Source: Nitrospina sp. (GTDB taxonomy: Bacteria > Nitrospinota > Nitrospinia > Nitrospinales > VA-1). From it: DNA of 64,000 nt. A program made the position numbers and the translations under genes. Below, in pieces: positions 32,193 through 41,467 of this stretch. The notes below the pieces were generated by a model that ran no database searches, was not told where the DNA came from, and saw only the letters and a list, made by a program, of their open reading frames with translations. Position 1 is the first letter of the stretch. Each line of letters starts with the position of its first letter. The DNA lies in the NCBI GenBank assembly GCA_018673915.1, contig JABHBK010000044.1, forward strand, positions 86,940 to 150,939, written 5' to 3'.

Positions 32193-32900
32193 TCAGCCGG
32201 GTTTTTCAACTAACTCTAGAAATGTAGTAATTTTTCTGGTTTCTGTGCTGTCAAAACGGTTATTCCGATCCAATAGGATAGGATGAATACCAACGCTTTG
32301 GGCTCCCTCCACATCGGTTCGAATTTCATCGCCAATATGGCAGGCTTCATGAGGTGCGACTCCGCTCAATCTTAACGCTTCCTCAAATATTTTTTTATCG
32401 GGCTTTGCCGAACCCACCACGGCAGAGGGAAGAATGAAATCAAAATAGCGCCCAAGACCAATATTTTCTAACGTAGAGATCAATCGCGAATCCCAATTAG
32501 AGATTACACCCATTACCACGCCTCTTTTTTTTAAGGTCTCAAGAATCCCCGATTCGATCACATCTTCATAGATACGCCAGTTAGCTTCATCTCGAAATGC
32601 TTCAAAAATGAGATCGAAGTATTCTTCGAATCGGTCGAGTCCCCCCATTGGCAGAAACACCTCATAAACCAGTTTGTGCCAGAATTCTCTTTCCGCTTCA
32701 GCCCCGCTCTGATTGCCCAAGGATTCAATGCCCCCCATTTTTTTCCATTGCAGGCGGAACCCTTCGTTTAAATCTTGAATGGAACCTGAATAGCCAAAGG
32801 GCCGTGCATGTCTGGCATAGACATCTCCGACTGAAGGGTGAACGTGGATCAAGGTTCCCCCGACATCAAAAAAAACTGCTTTGAAAGAAGTTAAAGGCAA
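32193..32900 (-). CDS. HAD-superfamily hydrolase
   Basis: Motif I FFDVGGTLI, motif II VISNW, motif IV GDEIRTDVEGA. Confidence 0.85.
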   Translation of the reverse strand: MPLTSFKAVFFDVGGTLIHVHPSVGDVYARHARPFGYSGSIQDLNEGFRLQWKKMGGIESLGNQSGAEAEREFWHKLVYEVFLPMGGLDRFEEYFDLIFEAFRDEANWRIYEDVIESGILETLKKRGVVMGVISNWDSRLISTLENIGLGRYFDFILPSAVVGSAKPDKKIFEEALRLSGVAPHEACHIGDEIRTDVEGAQSVGIHPILLDRNNRFDSTETRKITTFLELVEKPG

Positions 32901-33062
32901 GGATTTCCTCCTCTTTTAAAAACTTTGGTTTTAACCAGAAGCTAATTTAATCAGCCAATGGTTAGATGGATTAAAAACCGGGAAAGGTTTTAAAACTTTT
33001 TTCCATGAAGCCCAGCATTATGTACAATATTGCACAATTTCTCATCTTTAAAGGGGAGCCCT

Positions 33063-33383
33063 ATGAGTTGGCTTTATTTAATATCGGCAGGAATTTTTGA
33101 AGTCGGGTTCACCACATGTCTTAAGTATTCGGATAATTTTAGTCGATTGATGCCAACCCTGGGGTTTTTATTTTTTTCCATTATAAGCTTTGCACTTTTA
33201 AGTATGGCAATGAGAACCATTTCCCTGGGCACCGCTTATGCGGTCTGGACAGGTATCGGAGCCTTTGGAACTGCTTTGGTGGGGATATTTTTTTTCAATG
33301 ATCCCGCGACTTTCTGGCGATTGTTTTTTCTTTTTCTATTGGTCGGCAGTATCATCGGAATTAAACTTGTTTCAGCTCCCTGA
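33063..33383 (+). CDS. sugE: SMR-family small multidrug/guanidinium exporter (SugE/Gdx-like)
   Basis: MSWLYLISAGIFEVGFTTCLKYS, four TM segments, about 106 aa. The ATG at 33063 is preferred over 33030. Confidence 0.85.
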   Translation: MSWLYLISAGIFEVGFTTCLKYSDNFSRLMPTLGFLFFSIISFALLSMAMRTISLGTAYAVWTGIGAFGTALVGIFFFNDPATFWRLFFLFLLVGSIIGIKLVSAP

Positions 33384-33430
33384 AAATTTACAGGCTCAAT
33401 GCTTGTTTTAACCAATAATATTGAGGAAAA

Positions 33431-33958
33431 ATGTCTTATTTGATTGTGGCTTGTAGTCTTAACCCTGAAAGCCGTAGCCTTGTATTGGGCCGGCAGGCTG
33501 AAAAATTACTCCTGGCGGTAGATGCAGACGTTGATTTTATGAATCTACGGGAAAACCCGTTGCCTTTCTGTGATGGTGATTCGGTTTACGCACAACCGGA
33601 GGTCATCTCTGCCGCAGAACGAGTCCAAAAAGCAGATGGGATATTGCTCTCCGTCCCCATTTATAATTACGATGCCAATGCCGCCGCAAAAAATTTGATC
33701 GAGCTTACTGGAAAAAGTTGGGAAGATAAAGTAGTGGGATTTCTTTGCGCTGCTGGAGGACATAGCAGTTATATGTCCATCATGAGCCTGGCCAACAGTC
33801 TGATGCTGGACTTTCGATGTATCGTCCTGCCCCGTTTCGTTTATGCCACCGGCGAATCGTTTGAAGGAGAAAATTTAACCGACCCTGAAATCGAAAAACG
33901 TATTCAGGAATTAACCAGCCAGTTGATTAAAATTGCTTTGTCGCTCAAGACGAACTGA
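33431..33958 (+). CDS. NADPH-dependent FMN reductase family protein
   Basis: Flavodoxin-like pattern (IVACSLNPESRS...ADGILLSVPIYNYDANAAAKNLIE). Confidence 0.78.
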   Translation: MSYLIVACSLNPESRSLVLGRQAEKLLLAVDADVDFMNLRENPLPFCDGDSVYAQPEVISAAERVQKADGILLSVPIYNYDANAAAKNLIELTGKSWEDKVVGFLCAAGGHSSYMSIMSLANSLMLDFRCIVLPRFVYATGESFEGENLTDPEIEKRIQELTSQLIKIALSLKTN

Positions 33959-34119
33959 ATTGCTATTTCCTGTAATGAAAAAAACTTGGCGACTCGTGAA
34001 CGCAGGCATAGCCATTACGCACAACGCTCCTCGCCCCTTAACAGGGGAGGTAATTAGGCAGTAGTTTTTTTCAGGCAAGATGACTCTTTGTTTGCCTGAA
34101 TAGTTATTGCCATTTGCGG

Positions 34120-34136
34120 CCCTCGCTAGAGGGTGA
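34120..34136. repeat. CCCTCGCTAGAGGGTGA module
   Basis: Exact 17-mer copy of 25344-25360. Confidence 0.8.
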
Positions 34137-34252
34137 GCCGCGCTTTTTAGTTAACAGAAGCTGAGCGCAATTTCTCTTTCAGCCGAGACCACTCTTTACC
34201 CACCAGAAAAAGATATTGCTCATTGGGTCCAGCGAGTTATATTTATCATTTG

Positions 34253-34280
34253 CCTTCATGCCCCGAATGGGGTATCACGC
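34253..34280 (+). repeat. REP-like hairpin (CCTTCATGCCCC-loop-GGGGTAT)
   Basis: ccttcatgccccgaatggggtatcacgc. Confidence 0.65.
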
Positions 34281-34283
34281 TGG

Positions 34284-34583
34284 CTAGTGATCTTGCTGGA
34301 AAAAGCTGATGACTCCCATCAGGGCCACAGATGTTGCGCTGAAAAAATACATCATCAGCCCTATCCCCGAATCACCAAATAATTCCATCCAATACAAACG
34401 ATTTGAAACAAAGCCCCAGTAAAAAATGAAGAAATAGGATACCAGTAGGCCCGTTTTATATTTTCCATAGAGCAGGCAAAGAAAGCAGGCGAGAAACATA
34501 AAAACAATTTGGCCAAAGGAAATAAAAAATACCTTGTCTGCAAAAAACTCAATGGTTTCATTCATACCTTGCATAGCATTCAC
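34284..34583 (-). CDS. small hypothetical membrane protein
   Basis: 99 codons with three hydrophobic segments. No motif recognised. Confidence 0.4.
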   Translation of the reverse strand: MNAMQGMNETIEFFADKVFFISFGQIVFMFLACFLCLLYGKYKTGLLVSYFFIFYWGFVSNRLYWMELFGDSGIGLMMYFFSATSVALMGVISFFQQDH

Positions 34584-34883
34584 CCAATTTAATCCTTAAA
34601 AATTTTACGTTTCTTATACGTTCTTTAAGTCCGAAGGATTTAAAGTCGGTTTCTTTATTTGGGAAACCATCTTTAAAGAGCAAAAAGGATACCAATTGAG
34701 GAAAGAGTTGCAGGACCTCGCAGGAGAGAATTTTTTAACTTATGGATTTTAAAGGGAGTTTTTGATTAAAAAATGTATGAAAAATAAATACTCAGGTTAG
34801 AGAAACTTTTAAAAATTGGAATTTTTTGAACAAAATAATATAATAGTATTAATTTTCATACTAATTTTTTGCAAATTTATGAT

Positions 34884-35636
34884 TTATAGCTGATATTGAT
34901 CGAGGTGTGACTGGAAGTGGTTTAAGGCGGTGGAGTAGTCTTCCTGAGTATCTATTTCAAAGCAGCCTTCCTGTGAAACATTCCAGGGGTGCAGGGGGGT
35001 ATTCCGGGCAAACTCCGTAAATGGAATTTCCCAGAGAACCGGTCGGTAGGTCGACTCATTGTTTTCATAAAGAGTAACAAAACGGGGGACATCTTCCTGG
35101 CGGAGAATAAAAAATCCGATTGCCTCGCCCCCAAAACCGAAATCAGATTTTTCCTCAGCAGTCAGTTCTCGTTTGGTAATAAAAGCGTGGATGCTCCCTG
35201 AAGGATTCAATAACACCTTTGCGCATTCTGCGTTATCGATGTCGGCGGGTATTAACGCGAAGGAAGAGCGCGGTGCTTTTTGTACATAATCAAGCAAAGC
35301 CTGGGGTGGGTACAAAACATCGCCATCAAGGATCAAAGTTTCATCCTGACAATATTTGAGTCCCATTACCATCGACAAGGTATTGCCAGTAGTGCGGTAG
35401 ACGGGGTTATCGATGAAGTGCAATGGCAGGCCCAGGTTGAGGTCCTCAACATACGTTTTCAACGTAGGGGCATTGTGGCCGAGGATAAGGTGAATTCTAC
35501 GGGCGCTTAAAGCCTGCAGGCATTTCAAATGGCGGGAGAGGAGTGTCTCCTCGCCAAAGGGAAGAAGTGCCTTGTGTGGCAAGTCCTGCCTCTCCAAGCG
35601 CGAACCGTATCCGGCCAATAATATGATTGCTTCCAT
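34884..35636 (-). CDS. nucleotidyltransferase (NTP_transferase fold, LicC/sugar-phosphate type)
   Basis: MEAIILLAGYGSRL carries the G-x-G-x-R-L signature. The ATG at 35636 has a GGAAG upstream. The longer ORF-track start at 35705 would extend into a repeat element. Confidence 0.75.
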   Translation of the reverse strand: MEAIILLAGYGSRLERQDLPHKALLPFGEETLLSRHLKCLQALSARRIHLILGHNAPTLKTYVEDLNLGLPLHFIDNPVYRTTGNTLSMVMGLKYCQDETLILDGDVLYPPQALLDYVQKAPRSSFALIPADIDNAECAKVLLNPSGSIHAFITKRELTAEEKSDFGFGGEAIGFFILRQEDVPRFVTLYENNESTYRPVLWEIPFTEFARNTPLHPWNVSQEGCFEIDTQEDYSTALNHFQSHLDQYQL

Positions 35637-35688
35637 AAAAAAACTTCCAGCGTCAAACCCCGTGACAGGGAGACATTTGCATAACCCT

Positions 35689-35810
35689 TCATTGCGAGGA
35701 GCCAACAGCGATTAAGCCGTGGCGCCCATTCATTTCCCTTCGTGCCCCAGACAGAGGGGTAAACCCAGAAGTCTGGATCGCCATGCCCTGTTCAGTCGCT
35801 CGCGATGACG
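35689..35810. repeat. MITE-like element with imperfect terminal inverted repeats
   Basis: Left end tcattgcgaggagcc. Right end gtcgctcgcgatgacg, reverse complement cgtcatcgcgagcgac. That gives 10 of 14 matched positions. It encloses REP hairpin 35737-35762. Confidence 0.4.
35737..35762 (+). repeat. REP-like hairpin
   Basis: ccttcgtgccccagacagaggggtaa. Confidence 0.6.
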
Positions 35811-35823
35811 AATACTGAGGGGG

Positions 35824-36792
35824 TTATTTAGAAAAAGCCCAGAAATGTGACATAGGTTGATCGGTGCAGTAACGTCGATATTTGAGCAGGGTATCCAATC
35901 CATCTGCGGTGCGCTCCACGTTACTGGGTTCCTGCGGAAAATCGCCCCAGCCTTGCTCATTTTTAATATCAATCAGCCAACGCACCCCATTTTCAATAAT
36001 GGGAGCATATTTTTCTTTATTCTTAAAAGTGTCCGAAACCAGCATCAGGTTTCGGCAGGCATCCATAGTATGGTCAGTATTTTCATTGTCCCAACTGCCA
36101 TTTTCAGCTTGCTCAGCGACTAACGAGTTGGCCGCCTCCAGACACATTTTTCCGGCATACTCAATTTTATCCATGAAGTAGGCTGGAACCAGAGTGTACT
36201 GCATCAAATGAGCCGTGGTTTCGATGCCTGCCGGGTGAAATGTATCATCTTTCCAGAGTCCTGAATCCTGTTGCCACCCTTTAATAAACTCGAAGCCTCT
36301 GACACGAGCCTTATTGATTCGATCGTCACCTGTTTTATCCTGAGTAACCTGATATATGGTCAAAAAATAGGTAACCGAACAGGTTGTATCCAGGTGGGAC
36401 CACTCCGGGTCGGACCAATGCCCGTCTTCTTCCTGCATGGACAGGACATATTCCAGAGTTTTATCTACGGTGGCCTGAATTTCCGGATCCTTGAGAATCA
36501 TGTTGCCCCGGCAAAGCTTGAGTCCAACAAAAGTGGTGATCCACATCGAGGTTTTTTCTGCGTGGGATTCTTTAGACCAGCCGCCATCCGGGTTTTGTAC
36601 CTTGACGCACTCCTTGAAATCCTGAGGCTTTTTCTGGGTAATATCCAGATGCAGGATACAGCGCAGAACATGTTCCAGCACTTCCATATCCTGTTCCCCT
36701 TCCAGCAGACTCCATTCGCCTTTTTTGGATTCGAGATAATCCCACTCACTCTGGATCAATGAATTCAATTTTTCTTTCACAATCGCTGTCAT
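35824..36792 (-). CDS. prenyltransferase/terpene-cyclase-like alpha-alpha toroid protein (QW repeats)
   Basis: Five Q-x(2-5)-G-x-W-type motifs: VQNPDGGW, MQEEDGHW, WQQDSGLW, EQAENGSW, KNEQGWGD. Start is the ATG at 36792 or the TTG at 36810. Confidence 0.65.
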   Translation of the reverse strand: MTAIVKEKLNSLIQSEWDYLESKKGEWSLLEGEQDMEVLEHVLRCILHLDITQKKPQDFKECVKVQNPDGGWSKESHAEKTSMWITTFVGLKLCRGNMILKDPEIQATVDKTLEYVLSMQEEDGHWSDPEWSHLDTTCSVTYFLTIYQVTQDKTGDDRINKARVRGFEFIKGWQQDSGLWKDDTFHPAGIETTAHLMQYTLVPAYFMDKIEYAGKMCLEAANSLVAEQAENGSWDNENTDHTMDACRNLMLVSDTFKNKEKYAPIIENGVRWLIDIKNEQGWGDFPQEPSNVERTADGLDTLLKYRRYCTDQPMSHFWAFSK

Positions 36793-36900
36793 AATTTTCC
36801 AATGGTTCAAAAGTTAAAGTTTTCCACCCCATAACGGATTATATTCATGTGTCTGGAATGGGTCAAGTCACTCGCTGAATGTAGGGCCATCCTATCTGGA

Positions 36901-38208
36901 TTATAGAATTTTAAAAGTAAGAGAAGTAAGGTCGTCAAATTGGGGGGCATCGCCTATAAATTGTTTGATGGAGTTTTCCAGATTTTCTAGAAACTCTTCC
37001 GGAGAACCTTCGTGTTTCTCAAACATGTTTTTCAATCGGTCTAATCCGAACTCTTCATCTTTTTTATTTTTTGGCTCGGTCACTCCATCGGTGAAAACAA
37101 GAATCTGGTCTCCGCTTTCAAGAAAGTGCTCCTCCTGGCTGTATTGCATATTAGGAAGAATGCCCAAAGGGCTTCCGCTGGCAGAGCCTATTTCTTCAAT
37201 AGTAGAGTTTTTTCTTTTCAAAAGCAGAGAAAGGTGGCCGCCGTTGGCGACAATTAGTTTTCTGCTTTTCAAATCCAGCAGGCAGAACACGGCGGTGGTG
37301 AACATGCCCCTATAGGATCTTTCGCAGAGCGTATTGTTGACTTGGGTCAGCACCTTTTGAGGTTCTGAGTCAACTTGGGAAATATAGCGGAAATCACTCA
37401 TCAACCGGGCCATTTGCAAAGCGGCAGGTACCCCTTTGCCGGAAACATCACCCAAAACTATGCCCAGTAGTTCGTTTTCAAAAGGAATGAAATCATAATA
37501 ATCGCCCCCAACAACTTGAGCCGCGTGGGTTTGAGCGGCAAAAATAAATTGAGCATGCTGTGGGGTGGAGGTCGGCAGGAAGCTTTCCTGAACCGATTGG
37601 GCAAACTCCATGTCTTTTTCCATCCGCTGATTTTCCATCAGTACCAGATGCATACGCGCATTATGGATGGCCAGAGCAGCGCTGTCACAAAGAAGGAGAA
37701 AAAGTTCCTGGTCACTGGACTGGAACACCTTGCTCTTGGTTTTCTCATGTATGACCTGGCAGACTCCAATAATTTTACCTTTCGCCTTAAGTGGCGAACA
37801 TAAAATAGAGCCCGTTTGGAAGCCGGTTTTTTTATCAAAATCCTGATTGAACTTAGGGTGTTGATAGGCATCTTTAATAATGACGGGCTCGCCTGTTTTA
37901 GCAACCGTGCCGGCAATGCCTTCCCCTATTTTCAGCCGGGTCATCGTTTTAATTTTTTCACCCACCTCGCTCAGAGCGATCTGGAATACCAACTCATTTG
38001 TTTCCTCATCAACCAGCAATAGACTGCAAGCATCAGCATTCATTACCTTTTTCGCTACGTTCATGATCGTGTCGAGCAGATTAGCGAGATTAAGCTCAGA
38101 ATTGATAAGGGAAGTGATTTTGTAGCAGGTCTCTAATTGATTGACCCGTTGCTCCAATTGCGCAAGCCGTGGGTCCGGGGAAGATAAGGTGTCTTTATGT
38201 GTGCTCAT
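36901..38208 (-). CDS. GAF-domain PP2C (SpoIIE/RsbU-type) serine phosphatase
   Basis: N-terminal GAF domain (ADACSLLLVDEETNELVFQIA...GIAGTVAKTGEPVIIKDAY). C-terminal PPM motifs GGDYYDF, VLGDVSGKGVPAAL and FTDGVTE. Confidence 0.9.
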   Translation of the reverse strand: MSTHKDTLSSPDPRLAQLEQRVNQLETCYKITSLINSELNLANLLDTIMNVAKKVMNADACSLLLVDEETNELVFQIALSEVGEKIKTMTRLKIGEGIAGTVAKTGEPVIIKDAYQHPKFNQDFDKKTGFQTGSILCSPLKAKGKIIGVCQVIHEKTKSKVFQSSDQELFLLLCDSAALAIHNARMHLVLMENQRMEKDMEFAQSVQESFLPTSTPQHAQFIFAAQTHAAQVVGGDYYDFIPFENELLGIVLGDVSGKGVPAALQMARLMSDFRYISQVDSEPQKVLTQVNNTLCERSYRGMFTTAVFCLLDLKSRKLIVANGGHLSLLLKRKNSTIEEIGSASGSPLGILPNMQYSQEEHFLESGDQILVFTDGVTEPKNKKDEEFGLDRLKNMFEKHEGSPEEFLENLENSIKQFIGDAPQFDDLTSLTFKIL

Positions 38209-38288
38209 GGTCGGCCTATTATCAGCCCATTAAGGGTTTCTTAGGCGTGCCCCCGTTTTTGGTGGTCGCGTGCGCGTGGTATCCCCGA

Positions 38289-38313
38289 ACTTCATGCCCT
38301 GAAGGGGCATCAC
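38289..38313 (+). repeat. REP-like hairpin
   Basis: acttcatgccctgaaggggcatcac, preceded by gcgtgcgcgtggtat. This parallels the reverse complement of 60873-60912. Confidence 0.65.
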
Positions 38314-38431
38314 CGCCTCATAGTTATAGGCCGTTTGGCTGGCAGAGAATTAGCTTTAACTTGGCCGCTAAGATAGCTAAAATACTAAAGAGGGTCAATC
38401 CATTTCACCGTTATTCCACATCTCAATTTTT

Positions 38432-38752
38432 ATGGATAGAAAATTAAAACAAAATTCTAGCAGGAACTGGTCAGAAATCAGGTCGGTTCTTTTTCAGTCC
38501 CTTCCCGATGAGATATTATCTAACGGAAACCAAATGGAATGGTTGACCTATCATTGGAATCTGGTGGTGGGTAAAGAAATTGCTGGAATTTCCTCCATTG
38601 ATAATATGACTCGAAAAATACTCTATGTAAGAGTGAAGGGGAAAGAGTGGGTACCTGTTTTAGATTCTTTAAAAAAGAAAATCCTGCAGGAAATTAACAG
38701 CAGGGCAGGAGAAGCCCTGTTAAACGGTATTGTGTTTAAGACAGTTGCCTGA
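38432..38752 (+). CDS. DUF721/DciA-like protein
   Basis: 106 aa. The WNLVVGKEIAGISSIDNMTRKILYVRVKGKEWVPVLDSLKKKILQEIN pattern resembles DUF721. The assignment is from recollection. Confidence 0.6.
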   Translation: MDRKLKQNSSRNWSEIRSVLFQSLPDEILSNGNQMEWLTYHWNLVVGKEIAGISSIDNMTRKILYVRVKGKEWVPVLDSLKKKILQEINSRAGEALLNGIVFKTVA

Positions 38753-38797
38753 TACGCTCTTAAGAAAACCCATCCATGTGCTAGGACAATTTAGAAG

Positions 38798-40636
38798 ATG
38801 AAAGACACTACTTGCGAATTAAATCTCATTAGCGGGCTTATCCAGCGGAGAACCTCTGCAAGCTTATTAATGTTTTGCCTTTTGTTCCTGGCTAATTGTG
38901 CGACGCCAATCGGAACCCCGGATTCAACCAACATTGACTTGTCTTCGTCTTATGCAGTTCGTTCGTTTGAAGATAGCAAGAAATTTTCCCAGCAACCAGA
39001 TGCGCGCGATCCTCGATCTTATTACCATTACCTGATGGCTCTTCAGGCAGAAAAGCAATATCAAATGGAGCAGGCCGCTTTGCATTATAAGGAAGTGGTT
39101 CAGCATGACCCAGAAGCAGAAAGATTCCATGAAAAATGGATACGCTTATTACTCCGCACGGGTCAATTAGATGAGGCTGTTCGTGTAGGCCAAAATGCCA
39201 TCGCTCGTTTCCCTGAAAACGAAGAGATTGAAATAATTCTGGGGGATATTTTATCCAGCCAGGGCAAAGTGGAAGAGGCCATCAGGCATTATGATCGTGC
39301 CAGCCAGATTCACTCAGGAAATGCCCGGGCACCCTTATTAAAAGGTTCTTTGTTGGAGGGGACGGGGAAATACGATCAGGCTTTGGAAGAATATAAAAAA
39401 GGAGCGAGCATAGAGCCTAATAATCCTCTTGTGCAGTTTTATTTGGGCCGAGCCTTTTTGCGCGCAAACCAGTTGCAGGAGGCCGAGAAAAGTCTTGAAA
39501 AAGCTATTTCCCTAAAACCTAATTTACTCCAGGCCCGACACCATTTGGCATGGGTGCTAGAGCGTCAAGGCAAAACGATTGAGGCGTTGAAAGAGTATGG
39601 TCTATTGTTAAAGCTGAAACCTGGCAACCTCAGCATTAAGAATCGAGTTTCAAAGCTTCATGCTTCGGGTTCATTGAGCCCGGATGGAGCTGGGAGCGCT
39701 GGAGGCATTCCCTCTGAATTGGAAAAGCAACCCAATATCCATATGCGCATTGCAACGATATATTTTGAGCAAACTTTATACATGCGAGCGTTAGAGGAAT
39801 TTCAGCTCGTCTTGGTCGAGCGCGATTACAAGGATCCGCATGTCCTCATGGCCCGGATTTATGAAGTCCACGGCCGTCTGGACAAAGCTGTTGAGGAGTT
39901 TGAAAAACTCCGGAAGTTGGAACCTGAATCCTTGGACATTCTCCTTTATACGGCCCGGCTCTATAGTTTGATGAAAAATACTCAAAAAGCTGTAGATTTG
40001 CTCAATAAAGCCGTTGAAATTGAACCGAATAACGACCAGCTTTTTCACTCTCTGGCGCTGGCGTATATGGCCCAAAATGAAAATGACAGGGCGATTGAAA
40101 ACATGAATAAGGCCTTGGCTCTGGACTCCAAAAAAGACTCCTATTATTTTGAATTGGGCGCCTTGATGGAGAAGCAAGGAGACTACAAAGGGGCCATGGA
40201 AAAAATGAGGCAGGCGATTGAATTAAATCCTTTGCACTCCAATGCACATAATTTTTTGGGATATATGTATGCTCTGGAAGGGCGTGATCTTGACCAGGCT
40301 CTTGAGCACTTGAAAAAAGCCCTGACTACCCAACCTCGCAATGGCTATTTTCTGGATAGCTTGGGATGGATATACTTCAAAAAAGGCGAATCCGAAAAAG
40401 CATTAACGCAAATTCAAAAAGCCCTGATTTACACGGAACCAGATCCGGTTCTTTATGACCATCTTGGAGATATTTTATTCTCCCTGAAAAATTACGATGA
40501 GGCTAGCGGGGCTTGGAAAAACAGCTTGTTTCTCACCGTGAATCAAAAAGGCGATTTAGGAGGAGAAGCACCCGACCCCGAAACGCTTAAGAATAAGATT
40601 GATAAAGCACGAAACCTTTTGCAGCAGAGCTATTAA
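38798..40636 (+). CDS. large TPR-repeat protein, probable lipoprotein
   Basis: 612 aa with more than 10 TPR units. N-terminal hydrophobic segment ending LANC. Confidence 0.85.
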   Translation: MKDTTCELNLISGLIQRRTSASLLMFCLLFLANCATPIGTPDSTNIDLSSSYAVRSFEDSKKFSQQPDARDPRSYYHYLMALQAEKQYQMEQAALHYKEVVQHDPEAERFHEKWIRLLLRTGQLDEAVRVGQNAIARFPENEEIEIILGDILSSQGKVEEAIRHYDRASQIHSGNARAPLLKGSLLEGTGKYDQALEEYKKGASIEPNNPLVQFYLGRAFLRANQLQEAEKSLEKAISLKPNLLQARHHLAWVLERQGKTIEALKEYGLLLKLKPGNLSIKNRVSKLHASGSLSPDGAGSAGGIPSELEKQPNIHMRIATIYFEQTLYMRALEEFQLVLVERDYKDPHVLMARIYEVHGRLDKAVEEFEKLRKLEPESLDILLYTARLYSLMKNTQKAVDLLNKAVEIEPNNDQLFHSLALAYMAQNENDRAIENMNKALALDSKKDSYYFELGALMEKQGDYKGAMEKMRQAIELNPLHSNAHNFLGYMYALEGRDLDQALEHLKKALTTQPRNGYFLDSLGWIYFKKGESEKALTQIQKALIYTEPDPVLYDHLGDILFSLKNYDEASGAWKNSLFLTVNQKGDLGGEAPDPETLKNKIDKARNLLQQSY

Positions 40637-40645
40637 GAAATCCCG

Positions 40646-41467
40646 TTGAGCTCCTACCTTTTTTCAAGCGTGGCAAACCACTCTCTACCATTCAGGTTTT
40701 TCGTTTTTATTTTTGTCTTTGTGGCTTGCGGATGTCAACCTCGCGTTGAACCCGTTGCTCCACATTTCTTAAAAGATTCCATAACTACCGGCTACGTTTT
40801 AAAAAGGCAAAAAGATCGAGCCGAAAAAATTAAAAACCTCAAATCTTTTACCAGCACAACCTTTCTCGGCCAAAACCTGAAGCAAACATTCCGTCAAACT
40901 TTGGCAATTCAGAATAACCAGTCTATACGGGTAGACACCTTTGGCTTATTTGGGCAAGCCCTCGGAGTTTTTACTCACCATCAGGGCAGGACGGTATTTT
41001 TCGATCCGACAAAAGACAGGTATTATTCGGGGCCGGAAATGGAATCCATGATGGAAAAAATGATGGGAACACGATTGAACTTTCGTGAGCACCTTCCAAT
41101 TTTTATCGGCTATATACCCAGGCTTAAGTTTCTTAAAGTTTTGGATTCACGCTTGAATTCCGGACGAACACAATACATCTTGCGATTAACTGATATGCAG
41201 CGGGGCGGAAGTGTGGATATTTTGTTTTCGGCTATGACTCTGCTCCCTCTTGAGATGACCCGGAAAATAGGACAGCGATCGGTTTATTCAGTTAAATGGG
41301 AGAATTACGCTAAAGTTGGTGAATACGATTTCCCTCATTTAATAACATTGTCATTTCCTGAGAAGCGGGAAATCATTCGGGTAAAATATAAAAACCCTGT
41401 TATCAATCAGGGGCTATCTGCAGATACATACCAATTCCTCGAACCCGTTTCCTCCTTGAAGAACTAA
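40646..41467 (+). CDS. LolB-like/DUF4292-like outer-membrane lipoprotein
   Basis: TTG start, signal with VAC lipobox. It sits directly upstream of ispE, as lolB does in proteobacteria. The sequence family call is tentative. Confidence 0.5.
   Translation: MSSYLFSSVANHSLPFRFFVFIFVFVACGCQPRVEPVAPHFLKDSITTGYVLKRQKDRAEKIKNLKSFTSTTFLGQNLKQTFRQTLAIQNNQSIRVDTFGLFGQALGVFTHHQGRTVFFDPTKDRYYSGPEMESMMEKMMGTRLNFREHLPIFIGYIPRLKFLKVLDSRLNSGRTQYILRLTDMQRGGSVDILFSAMTLLPLEMTRKIGQRSVYSVKWENYAKVGEYDFPHLITLSFPEKREIIRVKYKNPVINQGLSADTYQFLEPVSSLKN

Noticed and set aside
32901-33062. Looked for a guanidine riboswitch (ykkC, mini-ykkC, ykkC-III) upstream of the SugE/Gdx-like exporter.
   Set aside because: There are no ACGR-tetraloop hairpin pair and no conserved ykkC motifs. 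The region looks like an ordinary AT-rich promoter.
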